Below, piece after piece: positions 26,601 through 39,600 of a stretch of DNA of 64,000 nucleotides. The stretch covers positions 25,730,001-25,794,000 of the forward strand of contig OZ024754.1 in NCBI GenBank assembly GCA_964016885.1, read 5' to 3'. Position 1 is the first letter of the stretch, and each line of letters begins with the position of its first letter. A program made the translations under genes and the position numbers. This stretch comes from Eledone cirrhosa (taxonomy: Eukaryota). The notes beneath the pieces are model-generated. The model was given only the letters and a program-made list of their open reading frames with translations, had not been told where the DNA came from and ran no database searches.

Positions 26601-29600
26601 GCTGTCCACCTCTCTCTGAGAGATTCTTCTCAGACAACCTGTGGCTGTCCAGCTCTCCCTGAGAGTTTCTTCTCAGACGACCTTCTGCTGTCCAGCTCTC
26701 CTGGCAGTTTCTTCTCAGACAATCTTCTGTTGTCCAGCTGTCCTAAAAGTTTCTTCTCAGACAACCTTCTGCTGTCCACCTCTCCTGAGAGTTTCTTCTC
26801 AGACAACCTTCTGCTGTCCAGATCTCCTGAGAGTTTCTTCTCAGACGACCTTCTGCTGTCCAGCTCTCCTGAGAGTTTCTTCTCAGACAACCTTCTGCTG
26901 TCCAGCTCTCCTGAGAGTTTCTTCTCAGACAACCTGCTGCTGTCCACCTCTCCTGAGAGTTTCTTCTCAGACAACCTGCTGCTGTCCACCTCTCCTGAGA
27001 GTTTCTTCTCAGACGACCTTCTGCTGTCCAGCTCTCCTGAGAGTTTCTTCTCAGACAACCTTCTGCTGTCCAGCTCTCCTGAGAGTTTCTTCACAGACAA
27101 CCTTCTGCTGTTAACCTGTCCTGAGAGTTTCTTCTCAGACAACCTGCCGCTGTCCACCTCTCCTGAGAGTTCCTTCTCAGACAACCTGCTGCTGTCCACC
27201 TCTCCTGAGAGCTTCTTCTCAGACAACCTTCTGCTGTCCACCTCTCCTGAGAGTTTCTTCTCAGACAACCTTCTGCTGTCCAGCTCTCCTGAGAGTTTCT
27301 TCTCAGACAACCTGCTGCTGTCCAGCTCTCTTGAGAGTTTCTTCTCAGACAACCTTCTGCTCTCCACCTCTCCTGAGAGTTTCTTCTCAGACAAGCTGTT
27401 GCTGTCCAGCACTCCCTGAGAGATTCTTCTCAGACGACCTTCTGCTGTCCACCTGTCCTGAGAGTTTCTTCTCAGACAACCTGCCGCTGTCCACCTCTCC
27501 TGAGAGTTTCTTCTCAGACAACCTTCTGCTGTCCAGCTCTCCTGAGAGTTTCTTCTCAGACAACCTTCTGCTGTCCAGCTCTCCTGAGAGTTTCTTCTCA
27601 GACAACCTTCTGCTGTCCAGCTCTCCTGAGAGTTTCTTCTCAGACAACCTTCTGCTGTCCACCTCTCCTGAGAGTTTCTTCTCAGACAACCTTCTTCTGT
27701 CCACCTCTCCTGAGAGTTTCTTCTCAGACAACCTGTTGCTGTCCAGCTCTCCCTGAGAGTTTCTTCTCAGACAACCTGCTGCTGTCCACCTCTCCTGAGA
27801 GTTTCTTGTCAGACAACCTGCTGCTGTCCACCTCTCCTGAGAGTTTCTTCTCAGGCAACCTGTTGCTGTCCACCTCTCCCTGAGAGTTTCTTCTCAGACA
27901 ACCTGCTGCCTTCCATCTCTCCTGAGAGTTTCTTCTCAGACAACCTGCTGCTGTCCACCTCTCCTGAGAGTTTCTTCTCAGACGACCTACTGCTGTTCAG
28001 CTCTCCCTGAGAGTTTCTTCTCAAACAACCTTCTGCTGTCAACCTCTCCTGAGAGTTTCTTCTCAGACAACCTTCTGCTGTCCAGCTCTCCTGAGAGTTT
28101 CTTCACAGACAACCTGTTGCTGTCCAGCTCTCCTGAGAGTTTCTTCCCAGACAACCTTCTGCTGTCCACCTCTCCTGATAGTTTCTTCTCAGACGACCTT
28201 CTGCTGTCCACCTCTCCTGAGAGTTTCTTCTCAGACAACCTTCTGCTGTCCAGCTCTCCTGAGAGTTTCTTCTCAGACAAGCTTCTGCTGTCCACCTCTC
28301 CTGAGAGTTTCTTCTCAGACGACCTTCTGCTGTCCAGCTCTCCCTGAGAGTCTCTTCTAAGACAACCTGCTGCTGTCCACCTCTCCTGAGAGTTTCTTCT
28401 CAGACAATATTCTGCTATCCACCTCTCCGGAGAGTTTCTTCTCAGACAACCTTCTGCTGTCCAGCTCTCCCGAGAGTTTCTTCTCAGACAACCTTCTGCT
28501 GTCCACCTCGCCTGAGAGTTTCTTCTCAGACGACCTTCTGCTGTCCAGCTCTCCTGAGAGTTTCTTCTCAGACAACCTTCTGCTGTCCAGCTCTCCTGAG
28601 AGTTTCTTCTCAGACAACCTTCTGCTGTCCAGCTCTCCTGAGAGTTTCTTCTCAGACAACCTGCTGCTGTCCACCTCTCCTGAGAGTTTCTTCTCAGACA
28701 ACCTGCCGCTGTCCACCTCTCCTGAGAGTTCCTTCTCAGACAACCTTCTGCTGTCCAGCTCTCCTGAGAGTTTCTTCTCAGACAACCTGCTGCTGTCCAG
28801 CTCTCTTGAGAGTTTGTTCTCAGAAAACCTTCTGCTCTCCACCGCTCCTGAGAGTTTCTTCTCAGACAAGCTGTTGCTGTCCAGCACTCCCTGAGAGATT
28901 CTTCTCAGACGACCTTCTGCTGTCCACCTGTCCTGAGAGTTTCTTCTCAGACAACCTGCCGCTGACCACCTCTCCTAAGAGTTTCTTCTCAGACAACCTT
29001 CTGCTGTCCAGCTCTCCTGAGAGTTTCTTCTCAGACAACCTTCTGCTGTCCAGCTCTCCTGAGAGTTTCTTCTCAGACAACCTTCTGCTGTCCAGCTCTC
29101 CTGAGAGTTTCTTCTCAGACAACCTTCTGCTGTCCACCTCTCCTGAGAGTTTCTTCTCAGACAACCTTCTTCTGTCCACCTCTCCTGAGAGTTTCTTCTC
29201 AGACAACCTGTTGCTGTCCAGCTCTCCCTGAGAGTTTCTTCTCAGACAACCTGCTGTTGTGCACCTCTCCTGAGAGTTTCTTGTCAGACAACCTGCTGCT
29301 GTCCACCTCTCCTGAGAGTTTCTTCTCAGGCAACCTGTTGCTGTCCACCTCTCCCTGAGAGCTTCTTCTCAGACAACCTGCTGCCTTCCATCTCTCCTGA
29401 GAGTTTCTTCTCAGACAACCTGCTGCTGTCCACCTCTCCTGAAAGTTTCTTCTCAGACGACCTACTGCTGTTCAGCTCTCCCTGAGAGTTTCTTCTCAAA
29501 CAACCTTCTGCTGTCAACCTCTCCTGAGAGTTTCTTCTCAGACAACCTTCTGCTGTCCAGCTCTCCTGAGAGTTTCTTGACAGACAACCTTCTGCTGTCA

Positions 29601-30600
29601 AGCTCTCCTGAGAGTTTCTTCCCAGACAACCTTCTGCTGTCCACATCTCCTGATAGTTTCTTCTCAGACGACCTTCTGCTGTCCACCTCTCCTGAGAGTT
29701 TCTTCTCAGACAACCTTCTGCTGTCCAGCTCTCCTGAGAGTTTCTTCTCAGACAAGCTTCTGCTGTCCACCTCTCCTGAGAGTTTCTTCTCAGACGACCT
29801 TCTGCTGTCCAGCTCTCCCTGAGAGTCTCTTCTAAGACAACCTGCTGCTGTCCACCTCTCCTGAGAGTTTCTTCTCAGACAATATTCTGCTATCCACCTC
29901 TCCGGAGAGTTTCTTCTCAGACAACCTTCTGCTGTCCAGCTCTCCCGAGAGTTTCTTCTCAGACAACCTTCTGCTGTCCACCTCTCCTGAGAGTTTCTTC
30001 TCAGACGACATTCTGCTGTCCAGCTCTCCTGAGAGTTTCTTCTCGGACAAACTGCTGCTGTCCACCTCTCCTGAGAGTTTCTTCTCAGACAACCTGCTGC
30101 TGTCCACCTCTCCTGAGAGTTTCTTCTCAGACAACCTGCTGCTGTCCACCTCTCCTGAGAGTTTCTTCTCAGACAACCTTCTGCTGTCCAGCTCTCTTGA
30201 GAGTTTCTTCTCAGACAACCTGCTGCTGTCCACCTCGCCTGAGAGTTTCTTCTCAGACAACCTGTTGCTGTCCACCTCTCCCTGAGAGTTTCTTCTCAGA
30301 CAACCTGCTGCTGTCCACCTCTCCTGAGAGTTTCTTCTCAGACAAACTGATGCTGTCCACCTCTCCTGAGAGTTTCTTCTCAGACGACCTTCTGCTGTCC
30401 AGCTCTCCCTGAGAGTTTCTTCTCAGACAACCTTCAGCTGTCCACCTCTCCTGAGAGTTTCTTCTCAGACAACCTTCTGCTGTCCAGCTCTCCTGAAAGT
30501 TTCTTCTCAGACAATCTTCTGCTGTACACCTCTCCTGAAAGTTTCTTCTCAGACAACCTTCTGCTGTCCACCTCTCCTGATAGTTTCTTCTCAGACGACC
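17700..30600. repeat. Large internal duplication: ~17.7-23.1 kb repeated at ~25.4-30.6 kb (offset 7.6-7.8 kb, with whole-monomer indels)
   Basis: ORF pairs 18290/26041, 18921/26630, 19496/27331, 20152/27987, 20522/28357, 21182/28806 and 22208/29832. Shared private variants: -1 ctgctgccacc (~18770/26479), gagagcttc (~19376/27211), gctgaccacc..cctaag (~21340/28965), gtcaagct (~21975/29600). Confidence 0.88.
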
Positions 30601-33600
30601 TTCTGCTGTCCACCTCTCCTGAGAGTTTCTTCTCAGACGACCTTCTGCTGTCCACCTCTCCTGAGAGTTTCTTCTCAGACAACCTTCTGCTGTCCACCTC
30701 TCTCTGAGAGATTCTTCTCAGACAACCTGTGGCTGTCCAGCTCTCCCTGAGAGTTTCTTCTCAGACGACCTTCTGCTGTCCAGCTCTCCTGGCAGTTTCT
30801 TCTCAGACAATCTTCTGCTCTCCAGCTGTCCTGAAAGTTTCTTCTTAGACAACCTTCTGCTGTCCACCTCTCCTGAGAGTTTCTTCTCAGACAACCTTCT
30901 GCTGTCCAGATCTCCTGAGAGTTTCTTCTCAGACGACCTTCTGCTGTCCAGCTCTCCTGAGAGTTTCTTCTCAGACAACCTTCTGCTCTCCAGCTCTCCT
31001 GAGAGTTTCTTCTCAGACAACCTGCTGCTGTCCACCTCTCCTGAGAGTTTCTTCTCAAACGACCTTCTGCTGTCCAGCTCTCCTGAGAGTTTCTTCTCAG
31101 ACAACCTTCTGCTGTCCAGCTCTCCTGAGAGTTTCTTCTCAGACAACCTTCTGCTGTCCAGCTCTCCTGGGAGTTTCTTCTCAGACAACCTGCTGCTGTC
31201 CACCTCTCCTGAGAATTTCTTCTCAGACAACCTGTTGCTGTCCACCTCTCCTGAGAGTTTCTTCACAGACAAGCTGTTGCTGTCCAGCTCTCCCTGAGAG
31301 ATTCTTCTCAGACGACCTTCTGCTGTTCACCTGTCCTGAGAGTTTCTTCTCAGACAACCTGCCGCTGTCCACCTCTCCTGAGAGTTCCTTCTCAGACAAC
31401 CTGCTGCTGTCCACCTCTCCTGAGAGTTTCTTCTCAGACAACCTTCTGCTGTCCACATCTCCTGAGAGTTTCTTCTCAGACAACCTTCTGCTGTCCAGCT
31501 CTCCTGAGAGTTTCTTCTCAGACAACCTGCTGCTGTCCAGCTCTCTTGAGAGTTTCTTCTCAGACAACCTTCTGCTCTCCACCTCTCCTGAGAGTTTCTT
31601 CTCAGACAAGCTGTTGCTGTCCAGCACTCCCTGAGAGATTCTTCTCAGACGACCTTCTGCTGTCCACCTGTCCTGAGAGTTTCTTCTCAGACAACCTGCC
31701 GCTGTCCACCTCTCCTGAGAGTTTCTTCTCAGACAACCTTCTGCTGTCCAGCTCTCCTGAGAGTTTCTTCTCAGACAACCTTCTGCTGTCCAGCTCTCCT
31801 GAGAGTTTCTTCTCAGACAACCTTCTGCTGTCCAGCTCTCCTGAGAGTTTCTTCTCAGACAACCTTCTGCTGTCCACCTCTCTTGAGAGTTTCTTCTCAG
31901 ACAACCTGTTGCTGTCCAGCTCTCACTGAGAGTTTCTTCTCAGACAACCTGCTGCTGTGCACCTCTCCTGAGAGTTTCTTGTCAGACAACCTGCTGCTGT
32001 CCACCTCTCCTGAGAGTTTCTTCTCAGGCAACCTGTTGCTGTCCACCTCTCCCTGAGAGTTTCTTCTCAGACAACCTGCTGCCTTCCATCTCTCCTGAGA
32101 GTTTCTTCTCAGACAACCTGCTGCTGTCCACCTCTCCTGAGAGTTTCTTCTCAGACGACCTACTGCTGTTCAGCTCTCCCTGAGAGTTTCTTCTCAAACA
32201 ACCTTCTGCTGTCAACCTCAACCTCTCCTGAGAGTTTCTTCTCAGACAACCTTCTGCTCTCCAGCTCTCCTGAGAGTTTCTTCACAGACAACCTGTTGCT
32301 GTCCAGCTCTCCTGAGAGTTTCTTCCCAGACAACCTTCTGCTGTCCACCTCTCCTGATAGTTTCTTCTCAGACGACCTTCTGCTGTCCACCTCTCCTGAG
32401 AGTTTCTTCTCAGACAACCTTCTGTTGTCCAGCTCTCCTGAGAGTTTCTTCTCAGACAAGCTTCTGCTGTCCACCTCTCCTGAGAGTTTCTTCTCAGACG
32501 ACCTTCTGCTGTCCAGCTCTCCCTGAGAGTTTCTTCTAAGACAACCTGCTGCTGTCCACCTCTCCTGAGAGTTTCTTCTCAGACAATATTCTGCTATCCA
32601 CCTCTCCGGAGAGTTTCTTCTCAGACAACCTTCTGCTGTCCAGCTCTCCCGAGAGTTTCTTCTCAGACAACCTTCTGCTGTCCACCTCTCCTGAGAGTTT
32701 CTTCTCAGACGACATTCTGCTGTCCAGCTCTCCTGAGAGTTTCTTCTCGGACAAACTGCTGCTGTCCACCTCTCCTGAGAGTTTCTTCTCAGACAACCTG
32801 CTGCTGTCCACCTCTCCTGAGAGTTTCTTCTCAGACAACCTGCTGCTGTCCACCTATCCTCAGAGTTTCTTCTCAGACAACCTTCTGCTGTCCAGCTCTC
32901 TTGAGAGTTTCTTCTCAGACAACCTGCTGCTGTCCACCTCTCCTGAGAGTTTCTTCTCAGACAACCTGCTGCTGTCCACCTCTCCTGAGAGTTTCTTCTC
33001 AGACAACCTGCTGCTGTCCACCTCTCCTGAGAGTTTCTTCTCAGACAACCTGCTGCTGTCCACCTCTCCTGAGAGTTTCTTCTCAGACAACCTGCTGCTG
33101 TCCACCTCGCCTGAGAGTTTCTTCTCAGACAACCTGTTGCTGTCCACCTCTCCCTGAGAGTTTCTTCTCAGACAACCTGCTGCTGTGCACCTCTCCTGAG
33201 AGTTTCTTCTCAGACAAACTGATGCCGTCCACCTCTCCTGAGAGTTTCTTCTCAGACGACCTTCTGCTGTCCAGCTCTCCCTGAGAGTTTCTTCTCAGCC
33301 AACCTTCAGCTGTCCACCTCTCCTGAGAGTTTCTTCTCAGACAACCTTCTGCTGTCCAGCTCTCCTGAAAGTTTCTTCTCAGACAATCTTCTGCTGTACA
33401 CCTCTCCTGAAAGTTTCTTCTCAGACAACCTTCTGCTGTCCACCTCTCCTGAGAGTTTCTTCTCAGACAAACTGTGGCTGTCCACCTCTCCTGAGAGTTT
33501 CTTCTCAGACAACCTGCTGCTGTCCAGCTCTCTTGAGAGATTCTTCTCAGACAACCTGCTGCTGTCCACCACTCCTGAGAGTTTCTTCTCAGACAACATT

Positions 33601-36600
33601 CTGCTGTCCACCTCTCCTGAGAGTTTCTTCGCAGACAAGCTGTTGCTGTCCAGCTCTCCCTGAGAGATTCTTCTCAGACGAGCTTCTGCTGTCCACATCT
33701 CCTGAGAGTTTCTTCTCAGACAACCTGCCGCTGTCCACCTCTCCTGAGAGTTTCTTCTTAGACAACCTTCTGCTGTCCAGCTCTCCTGAGAGATTCTTCT
33801 CAGACAACCTTCTGCTGTCCAGCTCTCCTGAGAGTTTCTTCCCAGACAACCTTCTGCTGTCCACCTCTCCTGATAGTTTCTTCTCAGACGACCTTCTGCT
33901 GTCCACCTCTTCTGAGAGTTTCTTCTCAGACAACCTTCTGCTGTCCAGCTCTCCTGAGAGTTTCTTCTCAGACGACATTCTGCTGTCCAGCTCTCCTGAG
34001 AGATTCTTCTCGGACAAACTGCTGCTGTCCACCTCTCCTGAGAGTTTCTTCTCAGACAACCTGCTGCTGTCCACCTCTCCTGAGAGTTTCTTCTCAGACA
34101 ACCTTCTGCTGTCCAGCTCTCCTGAGAGTTTCTTCTCAGACGACCTTCTGCTGTCCAGCTCTCCCTGAGAGTCTCTTCTAAGACAACCTGCTGCTGTCCA
34201 CCTCTCCTGAGAGTTTCTTCTCAGACAACATTCTGCTATCCACCTCTCCGGAGAGTTTCTTCTCAGACAACCTTCTGCTGTCCAGCTCTCCCGAGAGTTT
34301 CTTCTCAGACAACCTTCTGCTGTCCACCTCTCCTGAGAGTTTCTTCTCAGACGACATTCTGCTGTCCAGCTCTCCTGAGAGTTTCTTCTCGGACAAACTG
34401 CTGCTGTCCACCTCTCCTGAGAGTTTCTTCTCAGACAACCTGCTGCTGTCCACCTCTCCTGAGAGTTTCTTCTCAGGCAACCTGCTGCTGTCCACCTCTC
34501 CTGTGAGTTTCTTCTCAGACAACCTTCTGCTGTCCAGCTCTCCCTGAGAGTTTCTTCTCAGACAACCTGTGGCTGTCCAACTCTCCTGAGAGTTTCTTCT
34601 CAGACAACCTGCTGCTCTCCACCTCTCCTGAGAGTTTCTTCTCAGACAACCCGCTGCTGTCCACCTCTCCTGAGAGTTTCTTCTCAGACAAGCTGCTGCT
34701 GTCCACCTCTCCTGAGAGTTTCTTCTCAGACAACCTGCTGCTGTCCACCTCTCCTGAGAGTTTCTTCTCAGACAACCTGCTGCTGTCCACCTCGCCTGAG
34801 AGTTTCTTCTCAGACAACCTGTTGCTGTCCACCTCTCCCTGAGAGTTTCTTCTCAGACAACCTGCTGCTGTCCACCTCTCCTGAGAGTTTCTTCTCAGAC
34901 AAACTGATGCTGTCCACCTCTCCTGAGAGTTTCTTCTCAGACGACCTTCTGCTGTCCAGCTCTCCCTGAGAGTTTCTTCTCAGACAACCTTCAGCTGTCC
35001 ACCTCTCCTGAGAGTTTCTTCTCAGACAACCTTCTGCTGTCCAGCTCTTCTGAAAGTTTCTTCTCAGACAATCTTCTGCTGTACACCTCTCCTGAAAGTT
35101 TCTTCTCAGACAACCTTCTGCTGTCTACCTCTCGTGAGAGTTTCTTCTCAGACAAACTGTGGCTGTCCACCTCTCCTGAGAGTTTCTTCTCAGACAACCT
35201 GCTGCTGTCCACCTCTCTTGAGAGATTCTTCTCAGACAACCTGCTGCTGTCCACCTCTCCTGAGAGTTTCTTCTCAGACAAACTTCTGCTGTCCACCTCT
35301 CCTGAGAGTTTCTTCGCAGACAAGCTGTTGCTGTCCAGCTCTCCCTGAGAGATTCTTCTCAGACGACCTTCTGCTGTCCACATCTCCTGAGAGTTTCTTC
35401 TCAGACAACCTGCCGCTGTCCACCTCTCCTGAGAGTTTCTTCTCAGACAACCTTCTGCTGTCCAGCTCTCCTGAGAGATTCTTCTCAGACAACCTTCTGC
35501 TGTACAGCTCTCCTAAGAGTTTTTTCCCAGACAACCTTCTGCTGTCCACCTCTCCTGAAAGTTTCTTCTCAGACGACCTTCTGCTGTCCACCTCTCCTGA
35601 GAGTTTCTTCTCAGACAACCTTCTGCTGTCCAGCTCTCCTGAGAGTTTCTTCTCAGACAAGCTTCTGCTGTCCACCTCTCCTGAGAGTTTCTTCTCAGAC
35701 GACATTCTGCTGTCCAGCTCTCCCTGAGAGTCTCTTCTAAGACAACCTGCTGCTGTCCACCTCTCCTGAGAGTTTCTTCTCAGACAACATTCTGCTATCC
35801 ACCTCTCCGGAGAGTTTCTTCTCAAACAACCTTCTGCTGTCCAGCTCTCCCGAGAGTTTCTTCTCAGACAACCTTCTGCTGTCCACCTCTCCTAAGAGTT
35901 TCTTCTCAGACGACATTCTGCTGTCCAGCTCTCCTGAGAGTTTCTTCTCAGACAACCTGCTGCTGTCCACCTCTCCTGACAGTTTCTTCTCAGACAGCCT
36001 GCTGCTGTCCACCTCTCCTGAGAGTTTCTTCTCAGACAACCCTCTGCTGTCCAGCTCTCTTGAGAGTTTCTTCTCAGACAACCTGCTGCTGTCCACCTCT
36101 CCTGAGAGTTTCTACTCAGACAGCCTGCTGCTGTCCACCTCTCCTGAGAGTTTCTTCTCAGACAACCTGCTGCTGTCCACCTCTCCTGAGAGTTTCTTCT
36201 CAGACAACCTTCTGCTGTCCAGCTCTCCTGAGAGATTCTTCTCGGACAAACTGCTGCTGTCCACCTCTCCTGAGAGTTTCTTCTCAGACAACCTGCTGCT
36301 GTCCACCTCTCCTGAGAGTTTCTTCTCAGACAACCTTCTGTTGTCCAGCTCTCCTGAGAGTTTCTTCTCAGACGACCTTCTGCTGTCCAGCTCTCCCTGA
36401 GAGTCTCTTCTAAGACAACCTGCTGCTGTCCACCTCTCCTGAGAGTTTCTTCTCAGACAACCTTCTGCTGTCCAGCTCTCCTGTGAGTTTCTTCTCAGAC
36501 GACCTTCTGCTGTCCAGCTCTCCCTGAGAGTCTCTTCTAAGACAACATTCTGCTATCCACCTCTCCGGAGAGTTTCTTCTCAGACAACCTTCTGCTGTCC

Positions 36601-39600
36601 AGCTCTCCCGAGAGTTTCTTCTCAGACAGCCTTCTGCTGTCCACCTCTCCTGAGAGTTTCTTCTCAGACGACATTCTGCTGTCCAGCTCTCCTGAGAGTT
36701 TCTTCTCAGACAACCTGCTGCTGTCCACCTCTCCTGAGAGTTTCTTCTCAGGCAACCTGCTGCTGTCCACCTCTCCTGAGAGTTTCTTCTCAGACGACAT
36801 TCTGCTGTCCAGCTCTCCTGAGAGTTTCTTCTCGGACAATATTCTGCTATCCACCTCTCCGGAGAGTTTCTTCTCAGACAACCTTCTGCTGTCCAGCTCT
36901 CCCGAGAGTTTCTTATCAGACAACCTTCTGCTGTCCACCTCTCCTGAGAGTTTCTTCTCAGACGACATTCTGCTGTCCAGCTCTCCTGAGAGTTTCTTCC
37001 CGGACAAACTGCTGCTGTCCACCTCTCCTGAGAGTTTCTTCTCAGACAACCTGCTGCTGTCCACCTCTCCTGAGAGTTTCTTCTCAGACAACCTGCTGCT
37101 GTCCACCTCTCCTGAGAGTTTCTTCTCAGACAACCTGCTGCTGTCCACCTCTCCTGAGAGTTTCTTCTCAGACAACCTGCTGCTGTCCACCTCTCCTGAG
37201 AGTTTCTTCTCAGACAACCTGCTGCTGTCCACCTCTCCTGAGAGTTTCTTCTCAGACAACCTGCTGCTGTCCACCTCGCCTGAGAGTTTCTTCTCAGACA
37301 ACCTGTTGCTGTCCACCTCTCCCTGAGAGTTTCTTCTCAGACAACCTGCTGCTGTCCACCTCTCCTGAGAGTTTCTTCTCAGACAAACTGATGCCGTCCA
37401 CCTCTCCTGAGAGTTTCTTCTCAGACGACCTTCTGCTGTCCAGCTCTCCTTGAGAGTTTCTTCTCAGCCAACCTTCAGCTGTCCACCTCTCCTGAGAGTT
37501 TCTTCTCAGACAACCTTCTGCTGTCCAGCTCTCCTGAAAGTTTCTTCTCAGACAATCTTCTGCTGTACACCTCTCCTGAAAGTTTCTTCTCAGACAACCT
37601 TCTGCTGTCCACCTCTCCTGAGAGTTTCTTCTCAGACAAACTGTGGCTGTCCACCTCTCCTGAGAGTTTCTTCTCAGACAACCTTCTGCTGTTCACCTGT
37701 CCTGAGAGTTTCTTCTCAGACAACCTGCTGCTGTCCACCTCTCCTGAGAGTTTCTTCTCAGACAACCTTCTGCTGTCCACCTCTCCTGAGAGTTTCTTCT
37801 CAGACAACCTTCTGCTGTCCAGCTCTCCTGAGAGTTTCTTCTCAAACAACCTGCTGCTGTCCAGCTCTCTTGAGAGTTTCTTCTCAGACAACCTTCTGCT
37901 CTCCACCTCTCCTGAGAGTTTCTTCTCAGACAACCTGCTGCTGTCCACCTCGCCTGAGAGTTTCTTCTCAGACAACCTGTTGCTGTCCACCTCTCCCTGA
38001 GAGTTTCTTCTCAGACGACCTTCTGCTGTCCACCTGTCCTGAGAGTTTCTTCTCAGACAACCTGCCGCTGTCCACCTCTCCTGAGAGTTTCTTCTCAGAC
38101 AACCTTCTGCTGTCCAGCTCTCCTGAGAGTTTCTTCTCAGACAACCTTCTGCTGTCCAGCTCTCCTGAGAGATTCTTCTCGGACAAACTGCTGCTGTCCA
38201 CCTCTCCTGAGAGTTTCTTCTCAGACAACCTGCTGCTGTCCACCTCTCCTGAGAGTTTCTTCTCAGACAACCTTCTGCTGTCCAGCTCTCCTGAGAGTTT
38301 CTTCTCAGACGACCTTCTGCTGTCCAGCTCTCCCTGAGAGTCTCTTCTAAGACAACCTGCTGCTGTCCACCTCTCCTGAGAGTTTCTTCTCAGACAACAT
38401 TCTGCTATCCACCTCTCCGGAGAGTTTCTTCTCAGACAACCTTCTGCTGTCCAGCTCTCCCGAGAGTTTCTTCTCAGACAGCCTTCTGCTGTCCACCTCT
38501 CCTGAGAGTTTCTTCTCAGACGACATTCTGCTGTCCAGCTCTCCTGAGAGTTTCTTCTCGGACAAACTGCTGCTGTCCACCTCTCCTGAGAGTTTCTTCT
38601 CAGACAACCTGCTGCTGTCCACCTCTCCTGAGAGTTTCTTCTCAGGCAACCTGCTGCTGTCCACCTCTCCTGAGAGTTTCTTCTCAGACAACCTTCTGCT
38701 GTCCAGCTCTCTTGAGAGTTTCTTCTCAGACAACCTGCTGCTCTCCACCTCTCCTGAGAGTTTCTTCTCAGACAACCTGCTGCTGTCCACCTCTCCTGAG
38801 AGTTTCTTCTCAGACAAGCTGCTGCTGTCCACCTCTCCTGAGAGTTTCTTCTCAGACAACCTGCTGCTGTCCACCTCTCCTGAGAGTTTCTTCTCAGACA
38901 ACCTGCTGCTGTCCACCTCGCCTGAGAGTTTCTTCTCAGACAACCTGTTGCTGTCCACCTCTCCCTGAGAGTTTCTTCTCAGACAACCTGCTGCTGTCCA
39001 CCTCTCCTGAGAGTTTCTTCTCAGACAAACTGATGCTGTCCACCTCTCCTGAGAGTTTCTTCTCAGACGACCTGCTGCTGTCCAGCTCTCCCTGAGAGTT
39101 TCTTCTCAGACAACCTTCAGCTGTCCACCTCTCCTGAGAGTTTCTTCTCAGACAACCTTCTGCTGTCCAGCTCTTCTGAAAGTTTCTTCTCAGACAATCT
39201 TCTGCTGTACACCTCTCCTGAAAGTTTCTTCACAGACAACCTTCTGCTGTCCACCTCTCCTGAGAGTTTCTTCTCAGACAAACTGTGGCTGTCCACCTCT
39301 CCTGAGAGTTTCTTCTCAGACAACCTGCTGCTGTCCAGCTCTCTTGAGAGATTCTTCTCAGACAACCTGCTGCTGTCCACCTCTCCTGAGAGTTTCTTCT
39401 CAGACAACCTTCTGCTGTCCACCTCTCCTGAGAGTTTCTTCGCAGACAAGCTGTTGCTGTCCAGCTCTCCCTGAGAGATTCTTCTCAGACGACCTTCTGC
39501 TGTCCACATCTCCTGAGAGTTTCTTCTCAGACACCCTGCCGCTGTCCACCTCTCCTGAGAGTTTCTTCTCAGACAACCTTCTGCTGTCCAGCTCTCCTGA

